A DNA stretch of 37,966 nt from an uncultured Planctomycetia bacterium. GTDB taxonomy: Bacteria > Omnitrophota > Gorgyraeia > Duberdicusellales > Duberdicusellaceae. The position numbers were made by a program, and so were the translations under genes. Where the stretch lies: positions 1 to 37,966 of the forward strand of contig CAZSAI010000002.1 of NCBI GenBank assembly GCA_964604895.1. The letters are read 5' to 3'. How positions within the stretch are numbered: the stretch's first letter is position 1; each line of letters begins with the position of its first letter. The notes under the pieces are model-generated. The model saw only the letters and a program-made list of their open reading frames with translations. It did no database searches and was not told the DNA's origin. Positions 8,265-15,986 of the stretch are shown one piece after another.

Positions 8265-11200
8265 ATGGTAATTCCTAGAGGAAAAGTAAAATTTATTTTT
8301 TTAATTTTTCTTCTCTTCTTTCCCTCTCTCTTTTACGCTCAAAGCCCAAAATATCTTACTAGAGTATATGCTTATCAGGGAGAATTTGATATATTTACTA
8401 AAGATAAGACTGTTACTATTTCTTCCGGTCAATACTTAGAGATAAGAGAAGCTCATCCCCCTCTAGGTCCTTTTTATTTTACAAAAGAGAAAAGAGTCCC
8501 CTCTCTTAATAAGTCAAAAAAAGTTAATAAATATAGGTATTTTTCTTATAGTCCTCTTGTTAGGTCTAATCCTTCCAGGTATATCACTAGAGTCTATTGT
8601 TTTGAGGGAGAGCCCCTTTATGTGTTAGCTCAAGGAAAAAAAATAGTTCTTAAACCAGGAGAGTATACAGAGGTAAGAGAAGGCAAGTTTCCTCTTTCTC
8701 CTCAAAAGTTTACTAAAGGCTTAAGTAAAGAAGAAGGAGAAGAAAAATTAGAACCTAAAAAGGTAAGAAAAGAAAGAGTAAGGAAATTAGAAAAAGGAGT
8801 TGAGGCTTTTAAGAAGAAAAGAAAAAAACTTCCTAAGTATATTACCAAGGTATACTGTTATGAAGGAGCAGTAGAAGTCTGGGGTAAGAAGAAGAGAGTT
8901 TTATTATTTGCTGGAGAGTTTACTCAGGTAGTAGAGGGTCAGGAACCGACTCCTCCTTCTTCAGGAGAATCCCCACCACCCCCACCACCCCCACCACCTC
9001 CACCTGAAGAGGAACTTTCTATAACCTCTGTTTCTCCTTCTCAAGTTGGTCCAGGCTACTCCGGGACATTTACTATCGAGGGTACAGGATTTAAAAGTGG
9101 AGCAAATGTCTTTATCTGCGGAGGAGATATTACTATCAGCTCTGTTAATGTAGTCTCAAGCGGAGAGATTTCTTTAAACTTAACTGTTTCTTCTTCAGCT
9201 TCTTCCGGCCTAAGAGATGTAACTGTAACTAATCCTGATGGAGAAAGCTATACTCTTTCTTCAGGATTAATAATAAGCAATAAGCCTACTATTACTAATT
9301 TGGCTCCCAATTCTTTACATCAAGGAAGGCAGAACGAGGATATAGTAATAACTGGAACAAATTTCCAGACTGGAGCTGTAGTTTCTTTTTCAGGTACAGG
9401 TATTACCATTAATTCTACCACAGTTAATTCTTCTACTCAGATAACCGTAAATATAAGCATAAGTTACGGAGCTTCTTTAGGCACAAGAAATGTAGTAGTA
9501 ACTAATCCCGACGGAGGAAGTTTCACCTTAACTGGGGGCTTTAGTATTACTAAAGGAAATTATGTTTATGTAGCTAATCTTTTTGATGATAATGCTACTA
9601 TAATTGATACTTCTGATAATACGGTGGTCTCAACCATTTCTTTGGGAGATAGTCCTGCCCACGGAGAGGTTACTCCTGATAATAGTTATGCCTATATACC
9701 TAATATAAATACACATACAGTCTCAGTAATCTCTACTGCAACTAATACTATTGTAGCTACTATTAATGTAGGAGATTCTCCGGAATTCTTAACAGTTCAT
9801 CCTAATGGAAATTATGTCTATGTTTCTAATACTGGGGATGGTACTATATCTGTAATAGATACCTCTACAAATACTGTAGTTAATACTGTTAATACTTCTA
9901 ATCCGGCTGATCCTACCGACCAACCTATGGGTTTGGATGTCTCAGGAGGTAAGTTGTATGTAGCTTTAGCCTCTGATAATCAAGTGAAAGTTTTTACTAT
10001 CTCTGGTTCTAACTTGACTCTTTCCGCAACTATAAACTTAACCGGTACTAATCCTTATGGATTGAAAGTAGACCCCCAAGGGACCTATGTCTATGTAGCT
10101 AATCGGAATAGCGATAATGTCACAGTCATAAGGACTTCTGATAATGGGATTCAGACTACTGTAAATGTAGGGGATTATCCTCGCTGTTTAGCTATAACTT
10201 CTGATAGTAGCACTATCTATGTTACCAATGAGTGGGCAAATACGATTACTAAGATTACAGCTGGAGGACTCTGGCCTACCTCTAATTTAGCTGTGGGAAA
10301 TTCTCCTATAGGCATAGGGATTGAGCCCAATGAGGATTATCTTTATGTAGCTAATAAAAATGATGATACAGTAAGTGTGGTTAAGCTTGCTACTTATAGT
10401 GTAGATTCTACTTTAAATGCCGGAGATGGAGCTTGGGCAATCTCTATAAAAGACCCGGGGACTTCGGATTCTTTAAAACGAGCTAATAAGAAGGAAGTAA
10501 ACATAGGAGATATTATTACCTATGCTATAACTTTAAATAATAATCAGACTGGCACTATCTTTGGAGTGAGTCTGGTAGATTATTTACCTCCAGGTTTTAA
10601 GTATATAAAAGGTTCTTCTCGTTTGGATGGAGAGCTGATTGTACCTACTTACTCTGGGGGTCGGTTAATTTATAGTATAGGAGATATAAATTCAGGCACA
10701 ACCAAAGTCCTTAAATATCAGGTAAGAGTCTCCTCAGGGGTTAGTTTTGGACTCTATACTAACAGAGCTCAAGCCTCAGGTATTTTGGGTGGTAATCCTT
10801 ATAATTTTCCTCAAGCAAGCTTTACAGTTAAGGTTGTGCCTGATCCTATATTTGATTTAGGTACGATTATTGGTAAAGTATTTGTAGACTCTAACAATAA
10901 TGGCATTCAGGATAAGGGCGAGAGAGGTTTAGGAGGAGTGAAAATAGTTACAGAGGAAGGTATAGTCCTCACTACTGATAAGAATGGGAAGTATCATATC
11001 CCTGGGCTCTGGCCTCAAGACCATCTTTTAAAGTTAGATACCCGGAGTCTTCCTCAAGAGTATAAACTGGCTTCCAGAAATCCAGTATTAGTCCATATAA
11101 CTGAAGGGCTTTTATCCAAAGTTAACTTTGCTTTGGTTCCTAGGGATAAAGATAAGGCTATAAGAGAAAATAAGTTTAACCTCCCTTTACTTAAGGAGGA

Positions 11201-13766
11201 TTACTTCTTGGTATTTTTAGGTTCCTTAGATTTTTATAAACTTTCCACCAAGGGAAAGCTTCGGATTCCTTCTTCTGATGAGAAGTATGAGAATAAGTGG
11301 TATATAGATAAAAGCTGTGCTTTCTATCTTAGGGGAAAGATAAAAGGAGAATATATCCTTACAAGCTCCTTAAACACCAATCGAGACAATAAGGAATTTA
11401 TTCGTTATATTGACCCCGATAAGTATTATCCTGTCTATGGAGACTCTTCAGATGTGGATTTCTCCTCTACCAATACTCAAGGAAAGTTCTTTATTAAGAT
11501 AGAGAAGGGAAAATCCTATGCTATGTGGGGAAATTATAGGACAGATTTTTCTGATACTCAGCTTGTAAGTTTTAATAGGTCTTTATACGGAGGAAAGCTA
11601 TATTATGAGTCTCCTTATAAAACAAGTTTTGGCAGGCCTCGAGATAAGCTTAATGTATTTGTAGCTACCATAAAACAGGCTGGTTCTCATGATAGGTTTA
11701 AAGCTACCGGAGGCAGCCTTTATTATCTGAGACATAAAAATATAGTTCCGGGTTCAGAAAAGGTATACATAGAGGTTCAGGATAGAATAACAAAACTCGG
11801 CTTATCCCAAGTAGAGGTTTCTCCCCTAGACTATGAGATTGATTATGAGCAGGGAAGACTCCTTCTTCTTAAGCCCCTTTCTTCCATAGCCTTTAGCTCC
11901 CATTTAATCTCAGAAGATGAACTTATAAATGGAGAGCCCAATTATTTAATAGTAGATTATGAATACGAGACTTTAGATAGAATCTATCAAGATGCTTATG
12001 GGGTAAGATTTTCTCACTGGATAAATAATAATTTGTCTATAGGCTCAACTCTGATTAAAGATTTAAAAGAAGGAAAGTCTCATACCCTTTATGGGATAGA
12101 CTTAGATTACATCTTTAACCAAGATAACTGGTTTTCTTTCGAATATGCTCGGAGTTTCTCTTCAGACTTAGATTATAATCTTTCTAATGATGGAGGCTTA
12201 ACTTTTTCCACTTATTCTGAAAGCAAGTATTCTCGTTCGGAGGCTTTTTCCTTTCGGGGTTTTTCTAAGTTTTTTGGAGGAAGGCTTAGACTTGAGCCTT
12301 ATTTTAAGAAGCTTTATCCCGGGTTTAGTAATACTGCCCTTCTTCATCTAAGTGGATTAGAAATATTTGGAATAGAGGGAGAATGGCTAATAAATAGGTA
12401 TAGCAGGTTAAAATTTATTCATAATGTAAATATAAACTTAGCTGGAGAATATGTGGGAGAGGATACCACCCTTACTGCTCGCAGGGTTCAAACTGATGAA
12501 GTCAGCTTAACCATTAGTCCTAGTAAGAGAGAAGCAATTGAGGCTGCTTATAGAATGGTAAGAAAGAGAAACCCCCTAAATCCTCAAAAGGATGAAGACC
12601 AAACCCAATACTTAGGCCTGAAATATACTCGTCGGATTAATGAGAAGCTGAGTACTTACTTAAGAGGTCAAGCTGTTGTGGAAGGAAAGTCTAACAATCA
12701 GGTGGGTATAGGCCTAAGCTATACTCCTTCTAAAGATACCTCTTATTCTTTGGAAGAAACCTTTGGCAACAAGGGTAATGCTACCCTAATCGGGGTAACT
12801 CAAAGGATAAACGAGAAGGCCACTTTAACTTCTAATATTGGAATATCTAGAGAAGGTCTACGTTCTTCCTTTGGCTCAACCACCAACTTAGATGATAACA
12901 CCCAGCTTAATTACAATAAGACTTATTCTAAGGATTTAGACTCAAATATTATAAGCCTAAGCAAAAGTATAGGTAAGGGTCTGAGCCTTGATTTTTCCTT
13001 TGAGCGTTCAGAATTTAATAATGAGGAGAAGAATAGTTATAGAAATGTTCTATCAGGTGGACTACGCTTTAGAAGGGAAGATTTCTTAGATTATCTTTTA
13101 AGGATAGAGTTTAGACAAGATAAAACTTCTTCTCAGAGGCTTAGCCAATACCTAATAAGAAGCTATTTAAACTACAACTTTAAAGAGTCTTTTTATTTGT
13201 ACCTTAAGGCTGACTTTTCTTTTGATACTGATAGGGATAACCCCTTAAGGAAAGAAAATTTTAGAGAATTCTCTATAGGCCTTGCTTATAGACCTTTGGA
13301 TTCAGATAAGTTGAATTGGCTTTTTAAATTTGCTCATCTTCATAACCGAAGCCCTGATTCTCAAGAGGATTTTCAAGACATAGAAAAAAGTACTTCTAAT
13401 GTTTTTAGCTTTGAATACTCTTATGATTTAACTAAGAAGATAGAATGGGTTCAAAAATTAGCCTTAAAACTTCAAGAGGAGAGAGTAGAAGGACTTCCTC
13501 TTCAGCATTCTAAAACTTATCTTTCTTTAAATAGATTTAATCTCAGACTAACCCCCAGCTGGCAGGTAGGTTTAGAGTATAGGATTTTGTTTCAAGATGA
13601 GACTAAGTCTACTAAGAGGGGGTTTTTATTAGAAATAGATAAGTATTTAACTGAAAATTTTCTCATAGGTTGTGGGTATAATTTTACAGACTTCTCCGAT
13701 GATTTGACGGATGAGGAGTCTTATAAATCAAAAGGTGTCTTCTTTAAGCTTAAAGGAATGTATTAA
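8265..13766 (+). CDS. Giant (1833 aa) multidomain outer-membrane / surface protein
   Basis: Signal peptide (MVIPRGKVKFIFLIFLLFFPSLFYA/QS). Domains in order:
- 3 FecR-like repeats.
- 11-Pro linker.
- Two Ig-like IPT/TIG-type modules (about 9015..9555).
- Seven YVTN-type propeller blades (YVYVAN.., YAYIPN.., YVYVSN.., LYVALA.., YVYVAN.., IYVTNE.., LYVANK..; about 9556..10450).
- DUF11-type conserved repeat domain (VNIGDIITYAITLNNNQTG..VDYLPPGFKY; about 10470..10840).
- SdrD-B-like module (GKVFVDSNNNGIQDKGERGLGGVKI..TDKNGKYHIPGL; about 10858..11150).
- About 870 aa rich in alternating hydrophobic/aromatic strands, ending ..GVFFKLKGMY (aromatic C-terminal residue, as in OMP beta-signals). Confidence 0.7.
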   Translation: MVIPRGKVKFIFLIFLLFFPSLFYAQSPKYLTRVYAYQGEFDIFTKDKTVTISSGQYLEIREAHPPLGPFYFTKEKRVPSLNKSKKVNKYRYFSYSPLVRSNPSRYITRVYCFEGEPLYVLAQGKKIVLKPGEYTEVREGKFPLSPQKFTKGLSKEEGEEKLEPKKVRKERVRKLEKGVEAFKKKRKKLPKYITKVYCYEGAVEVWGKKKRVLLFAGEFTQVVEGQEPTPPSSGESPPPPPPPPPPPEEELSITSVSPSQVGPGYSGTFTIEGTGFKSGANVFICGGDITISSVNVVSSGEISLNLTVSSSASSGLRDVTVTNPDGESYTLSSGLIISNKPTITNLAPNSLHQGRQNEDIVITGTNFQTGAVVSFSGTGITINSTTVNSSTQITVNISISYGASLGTRNVVVTNPDGGSFTLTGGFSITKGNYVYVANLFDDNATIIDTSDNTVVSTISLGDSPAHGEVTPDNSYAYIPNINTHTVSVISTATNTIVATINVGDSPEFLTVHPNGNYVYVSNTGDGTISVIDTSTNTVVNTVNTSNPADPTDQPMGLDVSGGKLYVALASDNQVKVFTISGSNLTLSATINLTGTNPYGLKVDPQGTYVYVANRNSDNVTVIRTSDNGIQTTVNVGDYPRCLAITSDSSTIYVTNEWANTITKITAGGLWPTSNLAVGNSPIGIGIEPNEDYLYVANKNDDTVSVVKLATYSVDSTLNAGDGAWAISIKDPGTSDSLKRANKKEVNIGDIITYAITLNNNQTGTIFGVSLVDYLPPGFKYIKGSSRLDGELIVPTYSGGRLIYSIGDINSGTTKVLKYQVRVSSGVSFGLYTNRAQASGILGGNPYNFPQASFTVKVVPDPIFDLGTIIGKVFVDSNNNGIQDKGERGLGGVKIVTEEGIVLTTDKNGKYHIPGLWPQDHLLKLDTRSLPQEYKLASRNPVLVHITEGLLSKVNFALVPRDKDKAIRENKFNLPLLKEDYFLVFLGSLDFYKLSTKGKLRIPSSDEKYENKWYIDKSCAFYLRGKIKGEYILTSSLNTNRDNKEFIRYIDPDKYYPVYGDSSDVDFSSTNTQGKFFIKIEKGKSYAMWGNYRTDFSDTQLVSFNRSLYGGKLYYESPYKTSFGRPRDKLNVFVATIKQAGSHDRFKATGGSLYYLRHKNIVPGSEKVYIEVQDRITKLGLSQVEVSPLDYEIDYEQGRLLLLKPLSSIAFSSHLISEDELINGEPNYLIVDYEYETLDRIYQDAYGVRFSHWINNNLSIGSTLIKDLKEGKSHTLYGIDLDYIFNQDNWFSFEYARSFSSDLDYNLSNDGGLTFSTYSESKYSRSEAFSFRGFSKFFGGRLRLEPYFKKLYPGFSNTALLHLSGLEIFGIEGEWLINRYSRLKFIHNVNINLAGEYVGEDTTLTARRVQTDEVSLTISPSKREAIEAAYRMVRKRNPLNPQKDEDQTQYLGLKYTRRINEKLSTYLRGQAVVEGKSNNQVGIGLSYTPSKDTSYSLEETFGNKGNATLIGVTQRINEKATLTSNIGISREGLRSSFGSTTNLDDNTQLNYNKTYSKDLDSNIISLSKSIGKGLSLDFSFERSEFNNEEKNSYRNVLSGGLRFRREDFLDYLLRIEFRQDKTSSQRLSQYLIRSYLNYNFKESFYLYLKADFSFDTDRDNPLRKENFREFSIGLAYRPLDSDKLNWLFKFAHLHNRSPDSQEDFQDIEKSTSNVFSFEYSYDLTKKIEWVQKLALKLQEERVEGLPLQHSKTYLSLNRFNLRLTPSWQVGLEYRILFQDETKSTKRGFLLEIDKYLTENFLIGCGYNFTDFSDDLTDEESYKSKGVFFKLKGMY
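8349..8966 (+). repeat. Three protein-level repeats of 44-45 aa (8349..8480, 8577..8711, 8835..8966) separated by Lys/Arg/Glu-rich linkers
   Basis: The three copies are:
- KYLTRVYAYQGEFDIFTKDKTVTISSGQYLEIREAHPPLGPFYF
- RYITRVYCFEGEPLYVLAQGKKIVLKPGEYTEVREGKFPLSPQKF
- KYITKVYCYEGAVEVWGKKKRVLLFAGEFTQVVEGQEPTPPSSG

Shared frame: [KR]Y[IL]T[RK]VY.[YF][EQ]G......K....L..G[EQ][YF]..V.EG..P. Confidence 0.8.
8973..9005 (+). repeat. Run of 11 consecutive proline codons (CCA CCA CCC x2, then CCA CCA CCT CCA CCT)
   Basis: Read directly from the sequence. It links the N-terminal repeats to the first Ig-like module of the giant protein. Confidence 0.95.
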
Positions 13767-13833
13767 ATATATTCAAAAGAGTCCCTTAAAAACTCTCTTT
13801 TTGTTTACAATCTTAAAAAACTAAATTATTTTC

Positions 13834-13862
13834 TTGATTTATTAACTTAGTTGTGTTATAAA
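13834..13862 (+). promoter_or_regulatory. Sigma-70-like promoter candidate for the por operon
   Basis: TTGATT (13834-13839), 17-nt spacer ending in TGt, then TATAAA (13857-13862). An AGGAG SD precedes the ATG at 13895. Confidence 0.45.
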
Positions 13863-13894
13863 ATAATCTTCTTTCTTGAATTCTTTTAGGAGAA

Positions 13895-14431
13895 ATGAAG
13901 GAGATAAAAATATTTGCTAGAGCTGGCCAAGGTGCGATTACTACTGCCGCTATTTTAGGTGAGGCTTTATTTTATGAGAAAAAGTATTCCTATGCCTTTC
14001 CTCATTTTGGGGCTGCCAGGATGGGTGCAGCTATGAATGCCTTTTTGAGATTTGATGAGAAACCCATAAGGCTACGGTCCAAAGTTTATGAGCCTGATTA
14101 TATAATTGTGATTGACCCCACTTTAATAGAGTCTGAGAATGTATTTTTAGGGCTGAAGGCTGAGGCTAAAGCAATTTTAGCGGTAAGAGAGGATACTCCT
14201 CAGTATAAGGGAGAAGATTTCCAAGTCTATAGAGTTCCTGCAGAGAAGATAGCTTTGGAAGTTATTGGGAGACCTTTTGCTAATACAGTTTTGCTTGGAG
14301 CTTTCTCTAAAGTAAGTAGTGAAGTTAAATTAGAGTCTATCTTAAAGGCGGTAGAGAAGAGATTTAAAGAGAAACCTCAGGTTTTAGAGAAGAATTTAGA
14401 GGCGGTTAGGAGGGGTTATTCTTCTATATAG
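13895..14431 (+). CDS. porG: Pyruvate/2-oxoacid:ferredoxin oxidoreductase, gamma subunit
   Basis: IFARAGQGAITTAAILGEA start and 178 aa are typical of gamma subunits of four-subunit OFORs. It is followed by delta, alpha and beta genes. Confidence 0.85.
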   Translation: MKEIKIFARAGQGAITTAAILGEALFYEKKYSYAFPHFGAARMGAAMNAFLRFDEKPIRLRSKVYEPDYIIVIDPTLIESENVFLGLKAEAKAILAVREDTPQYKGEDFQVYRVPAEKIALEVIGRPFANTVLLGAFSKVSSEVKLESILKAVEKRFKEKPQVLEKNLEAVRRGYSSI

Positions 14432-14465
14432 GGTAGTTTAGTTTTTCCTCTAGGTTTATTAGAAA

Positions 14466-14545
14466 ACAAAAGAACTAAAGTACAAAAGAATAGAAGAACA
14501 AAAGAGCTAAAGAACAGAAGAATCAAAGAACAAAAACAAGGAATG
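14466..14545 (+). repeat. Five tandem copies of a 16-nt purine-rich unit (consensus ACAAAAGAAYNAAAGA) ending in the porD start codon
   Basis: The units are ACAAAAGAACTAAAGT / ACAAAAGAATAGAAGA / ACAAAAGAGCTAAAGA / ACAGAAGAATCAAAGA / ACAAAAACAAGGAATG, in exact 16-nt register from 14466. The last unit supplies the AAGGA SD and the ATG at 14543. Confidence 0.85.
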
Positions 14546-14797
14546 TTTAGTATTTTAGTAGCAAAAGCAGGTTCCTCTAAGGATAATAAGACTGGTTCCT
14601 GGCGTTCAGTAAAGAGGCCCAAGTTTCTTCAGAAAGACTGTATTGGCTGTGGCTTGTGTAAATTGATATGTCCAGAAGCTTGTGTTGAAGGAGAGAAAAA
14701 AAATACTTATGCTCCAGACTACGATTATTGTAAAGGCTGTGGGTTATGCGCATATATCTGTCCTAAGAAAGATATTGAGATGATTTCTGAGGAATAA
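14543..14797 (+). CDS. porD: Pyruvate:ferredoxin oxidoreductase, delta subunit (2x[4Fe-4S])
   Basis: GSSKDNKTGSWRSVKRP followed by CIGCGLCKLICP and CKGCGLCAYICP; 84 aa. Confidence 0.85.
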   Translation: MFSILVAKAGSSKDNKTGSWRSVKRPKFLQKDCIGCGLCKLICPEACVEGEKKNTYAPDYDYCKGCGLCAYICPKKDIEMISEE

Positions 14798-14801
14798 ACC
14801 A

Positions 14802-15986
14802 ATGAGGGAATTTCTTGAAGGTTCTCAAGCAATAGCCAAAGCTGTAAAGTTAGCAAAGCCCGGGGTAATTTCAGCTTACCCCATTACTCCTCAGACCCAT
14901 ATTGTAGAAGGATTAGCTCAATTTGTTGCTGATGGAGAACTTAATTCTGAGTTTGTAAATGTAGAAAGTGAACATTCAGCAGCTTCAGTTGTTTTAGGAG
15001 CAGAAGCTTGCGGTGTAAGGTCTTTTACCGCTACCTCTTCCCAAGGGCTAATTTTGATGAGCGAGGTCTTATTTAATATTGCTGGGATGAGGCTTCCAGT
15101 TATGCTTGTTTGTGCCAATAGAGCTTTATCTGCTCCTATAAATATCTGGAATGACCATCAGGATTCCATTGCTTTGAGAGATTCTGGCTGGATTCAATTC
15201 TATGCCGAGAATCATCAGGAAGCAGTAGATTTTATTCTTCAGGGTTATAAAATTGGAGAAAACCCTAAAATTATGTTACCAGTAATGGTTTGTATAGATG
15301 GTTATATCTTGACTCACGGGATGGAAGTCGTAGATATCCCTTCCCCGGAGTTGGTAGATAAGTTTTTACCACCCTATAAGCCTCCTTATAAGTTAGATGT
15401 GGAAGAACCTTTAAGTTTTGGTTTATTGGGCGACCCTACAGTGTATATGGAAACAAGGTATGCTATTCAAGAGACGCTTAAGGATGTATTAAAAATGATT
15501 CCTGAAATTAGTGTGGAATTTGAGAAGATTTTTGGAAGGAGGAGTCTAAGATTAGTTGAGGATTATAAGACCGAGGATGCTGAAATCATTTTAGTAGCTA
15601 TGGGTTCAGTTTGTGGGACTATTAAGGATGTAATTGATGAAGAAAGAGATAAAGGAAGAAGAGTTGGCTTATTAAAGATAATTACTTATCGGCCTTTTCC
15701 CAAAGAGGAGATTCTGGACATCTTAAAAAAGGCCCGCTTTGTAGGAGTAATAGAAAAGGCAGTATCTTTAGGTTCAGATGGACCTTTATATACTGAGATT
15801 TCTGCTCTTTTTGGGGCTAGTAAAGATCTTCCTCAGATTAGTGGGTTTGTAGCTGGTTTGGGAGGAAGGGATATCACCAAAGATGCCATTAAAGAAGTCA
15901 TTGAGTTGAGTCTAAAAGAGAGGAAGAGCTGTATTTTTATGGATTTAAATAAAGAATTGCTTTGGGAGGATTTTCGTGTTATCTAA
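14802..15986 (+). CDS. porA: Pyruvate:ferredoxin oxidoreductase, alpha subunit
   Basis: GSQAIAKAV..AKPGVISAYPITPQT and ESEHSAAS motifs; 394 aa. Confidence 0.9.
   Translation: MREFLEGSQAIAKAVKLAKPGVISAYPITPQTHIVEGLAQFVADGELNSEFVNVESEHSAASVVLGAEACGVRSFTATSSQGLILMSEVLFNIAGMRLPVMLVCANRALSAPINIWNDHQDSIALRDSGWIQFYAENHQEAVDFILQGYKIGENPKIMLPVMVCIDGYILTHGMEVVDIPSPELVDKFLPPYKPPYKLDVEEPLSFGLLGDPTVYMETRYAIQETLKDVLKMIPEISVEFEKIFGRRSLRLVEDYKTEDAEIILVAMGSVCGTIKDVIDEERDKGRRVGLLKIITYRPFPKEEILDILKKARFVGVIEKAVSLGSDGPLYTEISALFGASKDLPQISGFVAGLGGRDITKDAIKEVIELSLKERKSCIFMDLNKELLWEDFRVI

Noticed and set aside
8636-8643. A8 run (and A7 at about 8821-8828) in the giant surface protein gene, considered as phase-variation tracts
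   Set aside because: The runs are short, encode Lys-rich linkers, and are expected by chance in AT-rich DNA. There is no evidence of length heterogeneity.
13778-13803. AGAGT-9 nt-ACTCT hairpin followed by CTTTTTG after the giant gene
   Set aside because: A 5-bp stem is not convincing as a Rho-independent terminator.
14466-14545. Possible CRISPR array
   Set aside because: The units are 16 nt and directly abutting with no spacers, so this is a simple tandem repeat. No CRISPR-like repeat-spacer structure exists anywhere in the window.
14416-14622. 68-aa - strand ORF across the porG-porD spacer
   Set aside because: Its repetitive LLFF/VLLF sequence is simply the complement of the 16-nt purine-rich tandem repeat. 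It overlaps porG and porD and has no start context.
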